Translations under genes and position numbers: made by a program
Source of the DNA: an uncultured Alphaproteobacteria bacterium
Lineage (GTDB): Bacteria; Pseudomonadota; Alphaproteobacteria; HIMB59; GCA-002718135
Reading direction: 5' to 3'
DNA length: 64,000 nt
Assembly (NCBI GenBank): GCA_902541215.1
Contig: CACBPV010000003.1
Location: 28,784-92,783 of the forward strand
Notes under the pieces: model-generated
Told to the model about the DNA's origin: nothing
The model's input: the letters and a program-made list of their open reading frames with translations, nothing else
Databases searched by the model: none
Shown: positions 8,636 to 18,402 of the stretch, piece by piece
Position numbering within the stretch: the stretch's first letter is position 1
How the letters are laid out: every line of letters starts with the position of its first letter

Positions 8636-11389
8636 TTATAACTTCTCAATTTTTGCAGCACAATATTTAAATTCAGGAATTTTTCCATATGGATCTAAAG
8701 CTGGATTAGTTAAAAGATTAGCGGCTGACTCATTATAACAAAATGGAATAAATATGACTCCATCAGGAATCGCCCTGTCTTGCCTTACTCTGATATCTAT
8801 TGAACCTCTTCTAGTTGTGACTTTTATTTTATCACCAGCTTTCATATTATTTTTAATTATATCTTTAGGTGATATTGAAACCGAAGGTTCTGGTTCAATA
8901 GCATCTAAATTTGATGCCTTTCTAGTCATAGCTCCAGTATGCCAATGCTCTAATTGCCTTCCTGTGGTTAGTATCATCGCAAATTCTTTATCAGGTACTT
9001 CATCAGGTGCAGTAACACTAGCTGGAACAAATTTACCTTTACCATTTTCGTTTGGAAATTTATCACAAAAAACAATTTCATCTCCTGGTGTAGTTGGAGA
9101 TTTACTTGGATAAGTTACAGAGTTTTCATTTTCTAATCTTTCCCAAGAAATATTTTTTAATGAAGGCATTGTTAGTGACATTTCTTCATAAATTTCTTTT
9201 GGATGTTTATATTTCCAATTTAAGCCCATTCTTTTTCCAAGTTCGTTTGTTATCCACCAATCTTCTTTCGCTTGACCTGGGGAGTCTAAAGCTTTTCTTC
9301 CCATCTGTACTTGTCTATTAGTATTAGTAACTGTTCCATTTTTTTCAGGCCATGCTGAAGCGGGGAAAATAACATCAGCATATGTTGCAGTTTCAGTTAA
9401 AAAAATATCTTGAACAACTAAATGCTCTAACATTTGCAGAGCTTCTCTTGCATGATTTAGATCAGGGTCTGACATAGCTGGATTTTCACCAAGTATATAC
9501 ATCCCTTTAATTGTATTCTCGTGAATAGCATCCATAATTTCAACAACAGTTAGACCTTTTTTATCATCTAAAGGAGTGTTCCAAAGTTTTTCAAAAAATA
9601 CTTTATTATTATCTTTATCAACTAATTGGTAATCAGGATACATCATTGGTATAAGACCAGCATCCGACGCTCCTTGAACATTATTTTGTCCTCTTAAAGG
9701 ATGTAAACCAGATCCTCTTTTTCCAACATTCCCTGTCATCAAAGCTAGAGAAATTAAACATCTAGCATTGTCTGTACCATGTGTGTGTTGAGAAACCCCC
9801 ATCCCCCAAAAAATTATTCCTTTATTTGTATTGGCATATAAGCGTGCTACTTCTCTTATAAGTTCTGGATCGATACCTGTTTCGTTTTCCATTATATCAG
9901 GTGAATAATTCATTAAATGTTTTCTTAATTTTTCAAATCCTTCGGTTTGTTTTTTAATATATTCGGAATTAAATAAATTTTCTTCGACAATAACATTCAT
10001 TATTGAGTTTAAGAGATCAACATCAGATCCTGGTTTAAATTGTAACATATGAGTTGCATGTTTTTTTAAGGAATGACCTCTAGGATCCATTACAATTAAT
10101 TTGGAACCCTTTTTAGCAGCATTCTTAAAAAAAGTTGCTGCAACAGGATGGTTTTCAGTAGGATTTGCTCCAATGACTATTATCACATCTGAATGTTCAA
10201 CTTCATAAAATGGAGCAGTAACAGCTCCTGAACCAATTGTTTCCAATAAAGCAGCTACAGAAGACGCATGACAAAGTCTTGTACAATGATCAACATTATT
10301 TGTATTAAAACCAGTTCTGATTAATTTTTGAAATAAATAAGCTTCTTCATTTGAACATTTAGCTGATCCAAAACCTGCAAGATTACTCTTACCATTTCTT
10401 TGTTTATTAAGTTTTAAAAATCCTTGTGCAGCATAATCTAGAGCTTCATCCCAAGATGCTTCTCTAAAATATTCATGAATGTTCGCAAAATTAATACTTG
10501 GGTGTAAGTCTTTTGCTTTACCTTTAATTCTAATCAATGGCTTTGTAAGTCTTTCTGGATTATTTACATAATCAAAACCAAACCTTCCTTTTACACATAA
10601 TCTATTCTTGTTTGCGGGACCATCAACACCATTAACGTATTTAATTTTGTTATCTTTTACATTGTATTCTATCTGACAACCAACACCACAATAAGGACAA
10701 ACACTATCAATTTTTTTATCTACCTTACTATGACCAACACCATCCTTATCTACGATAGATGCCGGCATTAATGCTCCAGTTGGACAAGCTTGTACACATT
10801 CACCACATGCCACACATGTACTGTCACCCATTGGATCATCAAAATCGAATACAATTTTAGAATTTTCTCCTCGATATGCCATTCCGATGACGTCATTTAC
10901 CTGGACTTCTCTACATGCTCTTACACAAAGATTACATTGGATGCACGCATCTAGATTTACAGCCATGCTTGGATGAGAAACATCTGCCTGACATGAAGTT
11001 TTTTTTGGAAATCTACTTTCTTTTACTTCAACTTTGTCTATCCATTTCCAAAAGTCAGAGTTATTATCATGAGCAATTTCTTTTTTTGGCTGGTCTGCTA
11101 GAAGTAATTCAAAAACTAACTCTCTTGATTTTTTAGCCTTTTCTGAAGAAGTTTTTACTTTCATACTATCAGTTGGCTTTCTAATACAAGATGCTGCCAA
11201 CACACGTTCTCCTTCAATTTCAACCATACATGCTCTACAATTTCCATCTGCTCTATAGCCAGGTTTATCGGAATAACATAAATGTGGGATTTCTGTTCCA
11301 AGTCTATTTGCAACTTGCCAAATAGTTTCATCAGCATTTGCTTCAACTAACTTTTCGTTTAAATAAAATTTTGTTTTCTCTTTAGTCAT
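8636..11389 (-). CDS. fdhF: NAD-dependent formate dehydrogenase alpha subunit (Mo/W-bisPGD, FDH1A/FdhF type)
   Basis: N-terminal 2Fe-2S and 4Fe-4S motifs, CPYCGVGC, active-site HCTRLCH, PLRGQNNVQG. Confidence 0.95.
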   Translation of the reverse strand: MTKEKTKFYLNEKLVEANADETIWQVANRLGTEIPHLCYSDKPGYRADGNCRACMVEIEGERVLAASCIRKPTDSMKVKTSSEKAKKSRELVFELLLADQPKKEIAHDNNSDFWKWIDKVEVKESRFPKKTSCQADVSHPSMAVNLDACIQCNLCVRACREVQVNDVIGMAYRGENSKIVFDFDDPMGDSTCVACGECVQACPTGALMPASIVDKDGVGHSKVDKKIDSVCPYCGVGCQIEYNVKDNKIKYVNGVDGPANKNRLCVKGRFGFDYVNNPERLTKPLIRIKGKAKDLHPSINFANIHEYFREASWDEALDYAAQGFLKLNKQRNGKSNLAGFGSAKCSNEEAYLFQKLIRTGFNTNNVDHCTRLCHASSVAALLETIGSGAVTAPFYEVEHSDVIIVIGANPTENHPVAATFFKNAAKKGSKLIVMDPRGHSLKKHATHMLQFKPGSDVDLLNSIMNVIVEENLFNSEYIKKQTEGFEKLRKHLMNYSPDIMENETGIDPELIREVARLYANTNKGIIFWGMGVSQHTHGTDNARCLISLALMTGNVGKRGSGLHPLRGQNNVQGASDAGLIPMMYPDYQLVDKDNNKVFFEKLWNTPLDDKKGLTVVEIMDAIHENTIKGMYILGENPAMSDPDLNHAREALQMLEHLVVQDIFLTETATYADVIFPASAWPEKNGTVTNTNRQVQMGRKALDSPGQAKEDWWITNELGKRMGLNWKYKHPKEIYEEMSLTMPSLKNISWERLENENSVTYPSKSPTTPGDEIVFCDKFPNENGKGKFVPASVTAPDEVPDKEFAMILTTGRQLEHWHTGAMTRKASNLDAIEPEPSVSISPKDIIKNNMKAGDKIKVTTRRGSIDIRVRQDRAIPDGVIFIPFCYNESAANLLTNPALDPYGKIPEFKYCAAKIEKL

Positions 11390-13085
11390 AAGTTATTTCA
11401 TTGCTAAAATATTTTAAAACAGAATTTAATGGGTTTGTTGCAGCCTGTCCTAAACCACATATCGATGCTTGAGCCATAACTTCACTTAAATCTTTTAATT
11501 TTTCCTTGTTCCAATTTTTTTCTTGCATTAATTTTACAGTTTTCTCCGTACCGGAACGGCAAGGTGTACATTGACCACAACTTTCCTCTTCGAAAAATTT
11601 TAGTAAATTAAGTGCAACATCTTTCATATTATCATGATCCGACAATACAACAACTGCCGCTGAACCTAAAAAACATCCAGCATCCATTAATTCTTTTGAT
11701 CCATAATCAAGTGGAATATTATTCATAGTAGCGGGTAGGATACCGCCTGATGCACCTCCTGGAAGATATCCTTTAAAAGTATGTCCATCTGCCATACCAT
11801 CACAATACTTATCAATTAATTGTTGAATTGTTATACCGGCTGGGGCAACTTTTACTCCTGGGTTCTTTACTCTTCCAGATACTGAAAAACTATGAAAACC
11901 CTTATTCCCATTGGACCCTTTTTCAGCAAACCATTTTGCTCCTTTTTCAATTATATCTCTTACCCAAAAAAGAGTTTCTAAATTATTTGTTAAAGTAGGA
12001 CATCCAAATAAACCAATTTCAGCCACATAAGGCGGTCTATGCCTTGGCAATCCTCTCTTGCCTTCAATACTTTCTATCATTGCTGACTCTTCTCCACAAA
12101 TATAGGCTCCTGCCCCTCTTCTCACTATGAAAAAGTCTTTTGGAATTATTTCTTCATTTTCCATTTTATTTATTTCATCAAGTAAAATTTTTATAACTGT
12201 TGGATATTCATCTCTCATATAAATATAAACTTTTTGAGCATTTATAAAATAGGATGCAATTAAAGCTCCTTCTAAAAATCTATGTGGATCACTTTCTAAA
12301 TATGACCTATCTTTAAATGTTCCTGGCTCACCTTCATCTCCATTAACAGCAACATATTTTTTACCATTGTAATTTGAAACAATTTCCCATTTTTTTCCTG
12401 TAGGAAATCCAGCGCCACCCTTACCTTTCAATCCGCTTTCATTTAAAGAATCCAAAACTTGTTTTTTTGAGATAACACCATTTTTTATTTTGTTCGCAAT
12501 TTCATAACCGCCTTTTTTTTTATAAGAAGATAAATTTATATAATCTGGAATGAAGGGATCAAAATTTTTTTCATCAATTGTTTTTTTAACTTTATCAAAA
12601 TTAGCCACATCAACATAATTTTTTCCTACGCAAACAGTAGGAGCAACATTGCATCTTCCCATGCATGGCCCAGGTACGACTTTTATATTTTTATTTTCTA
12701 ATTTTTTTATATCTTGAAGTAATTTGTGTGCACCAAATAATTCACAAGTTAAACTTTCACAAACCCTTACAACATTCACTGGGTTATAATCTTTACTATC
12801 TTTAATTATATTAAAGTGAGCATAAAAAGTTGCAACTTCATAAATTTCAGAAAGTGGTAAGTTAATAATAGTTGATAAAGCCACTAGATGTTTATCATAC
12901 AAAACACCAAATTTATCCTGTAATATATGCAAATATTCTATTAATTCATCTCGCTTAAATATTAACCCTGAAAACAATTTAGAAACTTCATCTAAATATT
13001 TATCTTCGACTTGTCTTCCTTTTGGAGTCCAACGTCTTTTCTTCTTTTTTAAAGAAGTTTCTGTTTGAGAAACAAATTTATCCAT
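11382..13085 (-). CDS. Formate dehydrogenase beta subunit (fused NuoE-like/NuoF-like diaphorase, FDH1B type)
   Basis: PKGRQV...ATFYAHF N-terminal domain, GKGGAGFPTGKKW, GAGAYICGEESA, ESCGQCTPCR. Confidence 0.92.
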   Translation of the reverse strand: MDKFVSQTETSLKKKKRRWTPKGRQVEDKYLDEVSKLFSGLIFKRDELIEYLHILQDKFGVLYDKHLVALSTIINLPLSEIYEVATFYAHFNIIKDSKDYNPVNVVRVCESLTCELFGAHKLLQDIKKLENKNIKVVPGPCMGRCNVAPTVCVGKNYVDVANFDKVKKTIDEKNFDPFIPDYINLSSYKKKGGYEIANKIKNGVISKKQVLDSLNESGLKGKGGAGFPTGKKWEIVSNYNGKKYVAVNGDEGEPGTFKDRSYLESDPHRFLEGALIASYFINAQKVYIYMRDEYPTVIKILLDEINKMENEEIIPKDFFIVRRGAGAYICGEESAMIESIEGKRGLPRHRPPYVAEIGLFGCPTLTNNLETLFWVRDIIEKGAKWFAEKGSNGNKGFHSFSVSGRVKNPGVKVAPAGITIQQLIDKYCDGMADGHTFKGYLPGGASGGILPATMNNIPLDYGSKELMDAGCFLGSAAVVVLSDHDNMKDVALNLLKFFEEESCGQCTPCRSGTEKTVKLMQEKNWNKEKLKDLSEVMAQASICGLGQAATNPLNSVLKYFSNEITYD

Positions 13086-13125
13086 TCCAATTAATATTAT
13101 ACTATATATTAAGTATCAGAAAACT

Positions 13126-13377
13126 ATGAAAGATTCAGTTGAAAATGAAGAATTAGTTCTTGATACTAGTGGTACAGAATGTCCTATACCAGTGCTTAAG
13201 GCTAGAAAACTTGCATCAGAATTAAACAAAGATACAATTATTAAAATTATTGCAACTGATCCTTTGGCTGAAGCAGACTTTGAACATTATTGTGATCAGT
13301 CTAACTATGAATATTTAAGTTGTGAAAAAATAAAAGATAAAATTGTAATTCGTTATAGATTTAAAATTAAAAATTAA
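13126..13377 (+). CDS. tusA: Sulfur carrier TusA family protein
   Basis: LDTSGTECPIPVLKARK (CPxP) and ATDP motifs. Confidence 0.9.
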   Translation: MKDSVENEELVLDTSGTECPIPVLKARKLASELNKDTIIKIIATDPLAEADFEHYCDQSNYEYLSCEKIKDKIVIRYRFKIKN

Positions 13378-14588
13378 AATAGACTTTCATAATTATAAAA
13401 ATCAAAAATATCTCCTTTGTTTACTTGAGAAACATTTTCATCAATTTCAATTATACCATCAGAATAGGATATAGAACTAATCATACCAGAACCTTGTTTA
13501 GTAAATTTATTTGCAATATTTTTATTATTTATACTTTCTTTATTTACACGTAACCACTCCATTCTTTTTGTTTTTTTCTTCATAGAAAAATTTGCTGTAA
13601 TTTTACTTGATGATGGGAGCTTAAAATTTCCACCAGATAATTTTTCTATTAATGGTCTTACTAGCATTGCATATAGTAATTGAACAGAAACTGGATTACC
13701 TGGTAAGCAAATTATGTAGCAATTATTTATTTTTCCAACTGCAATTGGTCTTCCTGGTTTTATTGCTGCTCTCCAAAAATATACCTTACCTAATTCAGAT
13801 AAAACTTTAATTACATGATCTTCATCACCAACAGACGCACCACCAGCAGTTATTATTACATTAAATTTTTTTGATGTATTAAAGATTTTATTTTTAATAG
13901 ATTTAAAATTATCTTTAAGATTTCCACAATATTTTTTTTCTATAAAATTCTTATCAAGTAAATTATATAAACTATAATAATTTGAATTATTAATTTCAGA
14001 ATTTTTTAAATTTTTAGTTGGTTTTCGTAATTCATTACCACTTGTAAAGAAACCAATTTTAATTTTTTTAAATACTTTTATTTTACTAATACCAGTAGCG
14101 GCAATTAAATTTATATTTTGTTGATTTAATTTAGACCCCTTTTCCAATATTTTTTGGTTTTTCTTTATATCTTCACCCTTTAATCTATAATTATCTCCAA
14201 ATTTTGGAATTTTAATTAAATGAATTTTATTCCCTTTCTTGTATGTATTTTCTTGCATAACTATAGTTGATGAATTTGTAGGCATTTTTGCGCCAGTAAA
14301 GATTCTGACGGCTTCACCAGGTTTTACTTTAATATTTTTGTTATCTCCGGCAGCTATTCGTCTGTTACAAAAAAAATTTTTTTTTGTTTTTAAATCTGCT
14401 TTTAAAATAGCATAACCGTCTACAGCAGAATTATTAAAAGGAGGTAAATTTATTTTACTTTTTATATTTTCGTAAAGAAATCTATCCTCAGAATTTTCTA
14501 AATTAACTTTTTCAGAATTAAAAATTACAACCTTTTGTTTTTTAAATAAATTAACAATTTGTTTTTTGGTTAGAGGTGATTTATTCAT
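13374..14588 (-). CDS. moeA: Molybdopterin molybdenum/tungsten transferase MoeA
   Basis: PPFNNSAVDGYA, RIFTGA, GGASVGDED, LPGNPVS. Confidence 0.95.
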   Translation of the reverse strand: MNKSPLTKKQIVNLFKKQKVVIFNSEKVNLENSEDRFLYENIKSKINLPPFNNSAVDGYAILKADLKTKKNFFCNRRIAAGDNKNIKVKPGEAVRIFTGAKMPTNSSTIVMQENTYKKGNKIHLIKIPKFGDNYRLKGEDIKKNQKILEKGSKLNQQNINLIAATGISKIKVFKKIKIGFFTSGNELRKPTKNLKNSEINNSNYYSLYNLLDKNFIEKKYCGNLKDNFKSIKNKIFNTSKKFNVIITAGGASVGDEDHVIKVLSELGKVYFWRAAIKPGRPIAVGKINNCYIICLPGNPVSVQLLYAMLVRPLIEKLSGGNFKLPSSSKITANFSMKKKTKRMEWLRVNKESINNKNIANKFTKQGSGMISSISYSDGIIEIDENVSQVNKGDIFDFYNYESLF

Positions 14589-15070
14589 TAAAATTCTCTC
14601 AAAATAAAATCAACTATATTATCAATTTCGTCATTCTTAAAAATTCTCAAGTCAGTTTTAAGTTTATTATTTGAAATAATAGCTTTTATATTTTTAATTT
14701 TTGTAAATAAGTAATTATCATTATCATTTTTAATTATTTCAATTTTTGGATGATTTTCATTTTTAAACCCTTCCACTATTACAATATCAATTTCTGAAAG
14801 TTGATTAATTAATTCATCTAATGTTTTTTCTTTTAAATTATTTAGCTCTGATATTTTGACCCATCGCTTAGATGAACTAACTATTACTTGAGAAGATCCC
14901 GCGAATCTATGCTTAAAGCTATCTGTATTTTCATGATCTATATCAAATTCGTGATGTGCATGTTTAATTGAAGCAACACGAAAATTATTAGAGCTAAGTT
15001 TATTTATAATTTTAGTTGCAATAGTCGTTTTCCCTGAATTCTTCCAGCCAACAATTCCTACTATTTTCAT
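14588..15070 (-). CDS. mobB: Molybdopterin-guanine dinucleotide biosynthesis protein B
   Basis: GWKNSGKTT, IKHAHHEFDID, VEGFK. Confidence 0.95.
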   Translation of the reverse strand: MKIVGIVGWKNSGKTTIATKIINKLSSNNFRVASIKHAHHEFDIDHENTDSFKHRFAGSSQVIVSSSKRWVKISELNNLKEKTLDELINQLSEIDIVIVEGFKNENHPKIEIIKNDNDNYLFTKIKNIKAIISNNKLKTDLRIFKNDEIDNIVDFILREF

Positions 15071-15759
15071 TTAATAGATCTATTATTTAACAAATATACA
15101 AGAGAGTAAATGATTATTGTTATTGATATTAAAACTAAACCTAATGCCATAGCGTATTCTAAATTTCCCATTCTAGTTTCTAAAGATATAGCAGTTGTCA
15201 TTACCCTTGTATAATGATCAATATTGCCACCCACAATCATAACTGCACCAACTTCTGAAATAGCTCTGCCAAAAGCAGATAATAATGTTGTTATTAATAA
15301 AAAATAACTATGGTTAAATAGAAGTTTAACAGAACCCCAAAAGGGAATATTTAAGGATCTTATCTGATCTTTAAATTCAAACCAATTTTTAGAAAATATC
15401 TCATGAGATAATGAAGCAATTATTGGAAAAATTATTATAGTTTGAGCAATAATCATCGCAGAGGGTGTGTATAGAAGCTGTAAGATACCTAAAGGTCCAC
15501 CTGATGCAAAAATAAAATAAACAATTAAACCAACTACAACTGGAGGAATTCCCATCAATGAGTTTATAATTATTAATATAATTTTTTTGAAATAAAAATT
15601 ATAAATTGCAAAATAATACCCTACTATAAACCCTAATAATGATGCAATAATTAGGGCGGTAAAACTTACAAATAATGATAAAAGTATAATGTCCCATAGT
15701 TCACTATCTAAAGTAATAATCAATAGTATGGAATTTGTGAAAATTTCTAATATGTTCAT
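15067..15759 (-). CDS. tupB: ABC transporter permease, tungstate TupB family
   Basis: LMGIPPVVVGL, FGRAISEVGAVMIVGGNI, TRVMTTAI. Confidence 0.85.
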   Translation of the reverse strand: MNILEIFTNSILLIITLDSELWDIILLSLFVSFTALIIASLLGFIVGYYFAIYNFYFKKIILIIINSLMGIPPVVVGLIVYFIFASGGPLGILQLLYTPSAMIIAQTIIIFPIIASLSHEIFSKNWFEFKDQIRSLNIPFWGSVKLLFNHSYFLLITTLLSAFGRAISEVGAVMIVGGNIDHYTRVMTTAISLETRMGNLEYAMALGLVLISITIIIYSLVYLLNNRSIK

Positions 15760-15785
15760 TTATATTATTAGTTTAATTACAACAT

Positions 15786-16601
15786 ATGTCAAAAAAAGAG
15801 AAATATTTAGTCTCACCTGATATTAATAATAAGTCCTTAATTACAAAACTAAATGGTTTTGATGAGCAAGGGAATAAAATAATTTCTAAAGTTATTAATG
15901 AAAAAGCTCTTACAATTTTTCTTAATAATCAAGAGATAGTAACGCTCATGTCTATTAGTGATCACCCAAAATATCTTGCAGTTGGGTATTTATTAAATCA
16001 AAATATGCTTAAGAAAAATGACATAATTAGAAAAGTTGAAATTGATAAAGATTTAGGTGTGGTTGTTGTACGAACAAAACGTAAAACAAATTATGAAAAC
16101 AAATTAAGAAAGAAAATAACAACTAGTGGTTGTGCAATAGGTACAGTATTTGGAGATATCTATGCGGAAATAAAAAAATCAAAATTAAAATCCAAAAAGA
16201 AAATTAAACATAAATGGATTTATGAAATTTCAAAAAAAATTACATTGACACCGAGCTTATATTTAGAAACAGGAGCAATACATGGTTGTGCCATTATTCA
16301 TAATAATAAACCATTGATTTATATGGAAGACGTAGGGAGACATAATGCTGTAGATAAAATTGCTGGTTTTATGTTTTTAAAAAAAATTAGCTCTTCAAAT
16401 AAAATTTTTTACACTACAGGAAGACTAACTAGTGAAATGGTTATTAAAACTATAAAAATGGGTATTCCAATATTAATTTCTAGATCAGGATTCACAGCGT
16501 GGGGTGTAGAGCTGGCGAGAGGCTCGAATTTAACACTTATTGGACGAGCAAAGGGAAAAAAATATTTAGCACTTTCTGGAGAACATAGAATTGACCATTA
16601 A
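15786..16601 (+). CDS. fdhD: Formate dehydrogenase accessory sulfurtransferase FdhD
   Basis: TSGCAIG, TGAIHG, EDVGRHNAVDK, TTGRLTSEMV. Confidence 0.96.
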   Translation: MSKKEKYLVSPDINNKSLITKLNGFDEQGNKIISKVINEKALTIFLNNQEIVTLMSISDHPKYLAVGYLLNQNMLKKNDIIRKVEIDKDLGVVVVRTKRKTNYENKLRKKITTSGCAIGTVFGDIYAEIKKSKLKSKKKIKHKWIYEISKKITLTPSLYLETGAIHGCAIIHNNKPLIYMEDVGRHNAVDKIAGFMFLKKISSSNKIFYTTGRLTSEMVIKTIKMGIPILISRSGFTAWGVELARGSNLTLIGRAKGKKYLALSGEHRIDH

Positions 16602-17193
16602 TAAGAAAAAAATTTTGTTTGCCATACTTGCTGGAGGTCAATCAAAAAGATTTGGAGGTGGATTTAAAGCTTTTGCTAAAATAAATGGAATTACAATCTT
16701 AGACAAAATAATAAACAAGCTTAAAAAATATAGTAATGAAATAATAATAAATGCTAATGACTTAAAAAGTTTTAAGAAAATTAATTACCCAATAATTGAA
16801 GATAAATTCAAAGGTTTTGTGGGACCTTTAGCAGGAATTCATACATCAATGTTGTGGGCTAAAGAAAATTATACAAACAAAGAATGGGTTTTTACTGTTC
16901 CAAGTGATACTCCATTTTTACCCGATAATCTTTTCGATAAGTTTTTAGAAGCATATGATGAAAATGTAAAAATATTGATTGCAAGATCAAATAGTAGACA
17001 TCATCCTGTAATAGCAATGTGGCATATATCATTAATAACTAGTTTAGAAAATGAGTTAATATTAAAAAATAGTAAAATTATGTTTTGGGTTAAAAAGCAC
17101 AAATATAAATTTGTTGAATTCGACAAAAACCAAGAAAAAAATTTTTTCAATGTTAATACTCAAGAAGAATGGAATACTGCAAAAAATATCTAA
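16591..17193 (+). CDS. mobA: Molybdenum cofactor guanylyltransferase MobA
   Basis: ILAGGQSKRFGG, GPLAGI, VPSDTPF, FFNVNT. Confidence 0.94.
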   Translation: MTINKKKILFAILAGGQSKRFGGGFKAFAKINGITILDKIINKLKKYSNEIIINANDLKSFKKINYPIIEDKFKGFVGPLAGIHTSMLWAKENYTNKEWVFTVPSDTPFLPDNLFDKFLEAYDENVKILIARSNSRHHPVIAMWHISLITSLENELILKNSKIMFWVKKHKYKFVEFDKNQEKNFFNVNTQEEWNTAKNI

Positions 17194-17244
17194 ATTTTAT
17201 ATAAATATGTAAAAAATATTTTTTTTGTATAAAGAATATTTTAA

Positions 17245-18339
17245 ATGGTAAGCTCAATATATAAAATATTTCCAGGAATTATATTTTGTTTTATAATTGC
17301 TTATTCAGGCATATACCTAAGTGGTTTTATTGGAAAAGAAATTTTAAATTTAAATAAAAGTCCAATATCACCAATAATGTTATCAATAATATTTGGTCTT
17401 TTGATAGGAAATATATTTCATATTAATAATTTTTTATTAGAAGGAATTAAGTTTTCTTTAAAATTTATTCTAAGATTAGGAATAATATGTCTTGGTATTA
17501 GACTAGGGCTTTTAGATATTTTTAAAGTTGGAATAGTTGGAATACCTCTAATTGTTGCTTGTATTATTATATCAATCTTGGTTGTAAATTATTTGTGCAA
17601 GTTATTAAATGTTTCTTCAAAAATGGGATCATTAATTGCAGTTGGAACAAGTATTTGTGGAGCATCTGCAATTGTAGCAACTAGTCCTGCAATTAATGCT
17701 GATAAAGAGGAAGTTGCTTATGCCATAGCTAATATTACAATATTTGGAATAATTGCAATGTTCTTATATCCATTTATGGCCTATTATCTTTTTAGTGGAG
17801 ATGAGTTAGCATCAGGATTATTTCTTGGAACTTCAATACATGAAACAGCTCAAGTTGCTGGGGCTGGATTGATATATGCGGAACAATTCAATTCACCAAA
17901 AACTATGGATATAGCGACAATTACAAAATTGGTAAGAAATGTCAGTATGATAATCGTCATTCCTACAATAAGCTATATGTATCTAAGAAATAATATTGGT
18001 GAAAACAATAGCAAACCATCAATAATATCTATGTTTCCAATTTTCATAATTGGTTTTATTCTTTTGGGTTTTATGAGATCAATTGGAGATTATGGAATTC
18101 AAAATAGTAATTTAGCTTTTGAAATATTAAGTAATAATAACTGGCAATTAATCATCAATATTATTAAATCTATCGCTGAGTATTCTTTAGCAATAGCAAT
18201 GGCAGCTGTTGGCATAAGTACAAATTTAGTTTCTTTAAAAAGCTTAGGCATAAGACCATTTTATGTTGGTTTTTCTGCAGCTTGTTGTGTTGGAATTGTT
18301 AGTTATATCGGAATCATAGTACTAAATAATTTTATATAA
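17245..18339 (+). CDS. yeiH: YeiH / putative sulfate exporter (PSE) family membrane protein
   Basis: GTSICGASAI, GTSIHETAQV, TKLVRN; multi-TM. Confidence 0.88.
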   Translation: MVSSIYKIFPGIIFCFIIAYSGIYLSGFIGKEILNLNKSPISPIMLSIIFGLLIGNIFHINNFLLEGIKFSLKFILRLGIICLGIRLGLLDIFKVGIVGIPLIVACIIISILVVNYLCKLLNVSSKMGSLIAVGTSICGASAIVATSPAINADKEEVAYAIANITIFGIIAMFLYPFMAYYLFSGDELASGLFLGTSIHETAQVAGAGLIYAEQFNSPKTMDIATITKLVRNVSMIIVIPTISYMYLRNNIGENNSKPSIISMFPIFIIGFILLGFMRSIGDYGIQNSNLAFEILSNNNWQLIINIIKSIAEYSLAIAMAAVGISTNLVSLKSLGIRPFYVGFSAACCVGIVSYIGIIVLNNFI

Positions 18340-18402
18340 TTTTCTAAAATAAATATAATTTGTACTTATTAGGTAATAATTATATAAAATTTATAAAAAA
18401 AT

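Noticed and set aside
10260-10295. Selenocysteine recoding in FDH alpha
   Set aside because: The active-site residue is an ordinary Cys (TRLCH) and the ORF is uninterrupted
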